A DNA stretch of 53,207 nucleotides, the filler included, from Streblomastix strix (lineage: Eukaryota), in the NCBI GenBank assembly GCA_008636045.1. It is 3 parts of 3 records of this genome, joined end to end, with 100 filler letters (N's around TTAATTAATTAA, not from the genome) between each part and the next. Parts side by side here need not be neighbours in the genome. Positions count along the whole stretch, not along the records: positions 35,545 to 53,207 come from SNRW01000687.1; 2 more parts are not named here. The stretch is one strand, 5' to 3'. The translations under genes were made by a program, and so were the position numbers. Shown piece by piece: positions 50,315-53,207 of this stretch; within the stretch, counting starts at the first letter, position 1; each line of letters begins with the position of its first letter. A model generated the notes under the pieces. That model made no database searches. It saw nothing but the letters and a program-made list of their open reading frames with translations, and was not told the origin of the DNA.

Positions 50315-51576
50315 ATGACCGAGTTACAAGGTTCCGACACGCAAGTGAGCACGCAAACCGAATTGTTAGCGAGAAAAGGTATCGAATACGCATAAAACAT
50401 GATAGCGATGACGCGGGAGCGAGTGAAGCTGCTGTTTGACGCGGAAATACAAGTTATGCTTGCTGAGAGCCCATTTCCCACATCCATGTTTACCGAACAT
50501 GAGGAGGACTATGAGGCGAAGATGAAATATCTCTACAGACGGATATTGAACAACGATATGAAGGCAGCAAGGCGCGAAGACCCTGAAGATTTGTTTGTGA
50601 AAAAGGAGAAAAGGAGCCACGAAACGGAAGATATAAAGCCACTGCAAACACAGAAGAGCGCGCGAGGTGAAAACGGAGAACATATATAGAAGACGGTGAT
50701 TGATTTGGAGCAGGGAGACGGTGACGAAGGCTGGGACGAGCCCTTCCAAGGATACCCTGAGAAACTGAACGAGCCGCGCAGATAGCAAGGTGGAAGGAAT
50801 GAAAGGATGAACTTTAATTAATAAAGACAAAGACCACGCGACAGGATGCACTAGAGCCCGGGAAAACAGATGGCAGAAATTTTGAGCAAGAAAATGTCGG
50901 TGCAAGCGTCAACATTTAAGCCGCTGGGCTATACAGACAGGTAATTTATATTCAGAGACTTGGGCAAGTTCAGATATGTGAGATCAGATTGGAAGGTGGT
51001 AACACCGAAAGGCAAGACAAGGTTGGAGCAGGGAGAGTAATACGCAGATGCGATGACTGGGCTTATAGACGCGCAGCAGACATTATTAGTGGCTATTGAA
51101 AGTGGACTGAGTGGTCAAAACAATGTTGAAAAATAGCACATGCGTATGCAATGCTGTGTGTGGGCGCAAACGCTGTGGCGCAGCTGAGAGAACTTGCTAA
51201 CGCACCTAGAGAACTGAGAGGAGTAGTAGGAGGAAGCATCCTACCAGCAGATATATTCTCAGATGATAGCATCGAAAGTATTAAGAGGTATCTGGATTTG
51301 AAGAAGATGGATTAGATGCACTTTCCATATCAACAGGGACTATTCTCATATCCGCAATCCCAGATCCAGTAACCGCAGTGGCTCTAGCTCTAGTATCAAC
51401 CGTTCCAACCATTCCAACCCTTCCAGCCGTTCGGGATTCAGCAACCGCCATACCCTGCAGCTCAATACAACTACGGAAGGGGTGCGCTAATAGGAAGGGG
51501 AGCGCAAGTAAGGGGCCGTGGAGGAAGAGGCAGGGGAGCCTTTGGCTCCAATTTTATACCATTAGGAGGGTAGTGA
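50315..51576 (+). pseudogene. gag-like ORF1 of copy B with QPF repeats and a C-terminal RGG tract (one frameshift near 51130)
   Basis: MTELQGSDTQ...QPFQPFQPFQPF...GRGALIGRGAQVRGRGGRGRGAF...TGA. Confidence 0.65.
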
Positions 51577-51732
51577 GTGAGTGTGGGAGTGAGTTTTTAG
51601 AGTGGGAGTAGTGAGGGGGTGAATGATAGTGGGGAGTAGGGAGTTTTAAGGAGTGAGAGAAAGAGTGTTTAGGATGAGGAGTCGGTGGAGTGAGGGTTTT
51701 AACAGTTCAATAAACCGTACCCCAACACAAAT

Positions 51733-53207
51733 ATGATTGGAGCCCGTTTGTTACATTACACTAAGGCGTACGAAAAAATAAACATGGATAAGACAATTAA
51801 AATAGGATGCTACGCGAAATGGAAAAGCGAAGAGAGCAGAATAATACTAGCAAGATAGCGGAGAGTGATTAATTTTACGGGTAACGAGGAGTAAGCATAA
51901 CAACTGGATTAGTTGATAAAGGAGGAGTTGGATTAGGGAATAATAAGAGTAATCAATTAGCAGGAAGTCCTACTGTGGAACAGAACATTTGCAATTAAGA
52001 AACCGGGAGGAGGATTGAGGAGAATAATGGATTGCCGACCACTGAATACACAATTGAAAGCTCAACATTTCACGATGAACGATCTAAATAAGGTACTAGA
52101 AATATGGAAGAAGAACGATTGGGGGTGTCTAATGGACATCAAAGCAGCTTTCAATCATGTGGCGGTGACTGGAGAACTGGAGAAGTATCTAGCGTTCACG
52201 CACAGGGGAATACATTATACGCAGGTTGGAATGCCCTTTGGGATCTCAATAGCACCGAGGACTTTTGCAAAGACAATACAAATAACGATAGATAGAGTGA
52301 GGAGTAGGAGCCCAGTCCGGATAGTGAATTATGCAGACGACATTCTGTTCCTGATGCAGGACCAACACTAACTCGAGAAGGAGATAGAATGGATAGTGTA
52401 GGAATTTAGAAAATATGGATGGGTGATTAACGAGAATAAAAGCAGAGTGAAGCCGGAATAGCAATTTGTGTTCCTGGGATGGATGTTTAACTCAGCAACA
52501 ATGGAGATTTAGCTAACTAACGAGAAAAGGAAGGAATTGAAGGCATTAATTCAAAGATAGATAATATTAATAATGGAGTAAAAGCTTTAAAAGATAAAAA
52601 GCGTGGCAAGTTTGGTTGGTAAGCTCCGATTTTCCACTCCGTAATTTAAACGAGGAGGACTACATCTCTAGCAAATAAATAAGTAGATGAGTAAAGCTGC
52701 GAGAACGCTGGGATGGACGAGCGAAATGATAGTAACTAGGAAATGCTTGACAGAGTTGTATTGGTGGAGGAACCAGGTGGAGAGTAATAAACCAAAGATG
52801 ATAGACAAGAGATAGAATTAGATAATAATATAAACAGACGCGTCAATAGTAGGCTGGGGAGCGAGTGTGATCAAGAATAACACGCGTATTAGGAGAATAT
52901 ACGTACAATGGGAATCGGAGATGGAGAACTCAAACATGAGGGAGATATTAGCAATATAGAGAGCAATTTAAGTACTAAAAGATTATATTAACCAATAGGA
53001 ATATAGTTGAATAATGATAGAAACAGATAATACAACAGCGTGTTTCTCAATAGCAAAAGCAAAAGCAAAATATCATTTGAGGAAAGCGATAGATTTGATT
53101 TTATAAATAGAAGAGGAAAATGGATGGACATTAACAATAAGACATAGCGCTGGGAAATACAAGAAAGAAGCGGACGCGTTGTCAAGGTTGTGGATGGCGA
53201 AGGACTT
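51733..53207 (+). pseudogene. Reverse transcriptase-RNase H of copy B (partial; one in-frame TGA near 53008)
   Basis: KKPGGGLRRIMDCR, MDIKAAFNH, GMPFG, NYADD, FLG, TDASIVGWG, NMRE, ETDN and ADALSR. Confidence 0.92.

Larger units (their letters stand above)
50220..53207 (+). mobile_element. DIRS-like retrotransposon, copy B (different family, cut by the window end; 5' end approximate)
   Basis: Sharp rise in GC near 50220, then a gag-like ORF followed by a DIRS-type RT-RNase H. Confidence 0.85.

Overview
The window holds three unrelated eukaryotic contigs of about 17.7 kb each, joined by artificial N-TTAATTAATTAA-N linkers (17682-17781, 35445-35544). The DNA is AT-rich and uses a non-standard genetic code (TAA/TAG = Gln, TGA = stop), so the supplied standard-code ORF track is fragmented. 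The code, spliceosomal introns and gene content fit a metamonad such as the oxymonad Streblomastix, but that assignment is inference. Contig 1 (1-17681) is one Polinton/Polinton-like endogenous virus bounded by terminal inverted repeats. It carries a protein-primed PolB reduced to its exonuclease half, two tandem HNH endonucleases, an rve integrase, a phage-tail-fibre-like protein, candidate major and minor jelly-roll capsid proteins and an A32 packaging ATPase. All are written in the host code and most are decayed. Contig 2 (17782-35444) is mostly one very large, 3'-truncated dynein heavy chain gene with huge low-complexity insertions, an inserted zinc finger and degenerate AAA1 Walker A/B motifs. 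Contig 3 (35545-53207) holds a decayed DIRS-type tyrosine-recombinase retrotransposon, a pseudogenised Cys-rich type I membrane protein abutting a HECT E3 ligase fragment, and the 5' part of a second, distinct DIRS-like element. All translations were done by eye, so boundaries of frameshifted genes are approximate.
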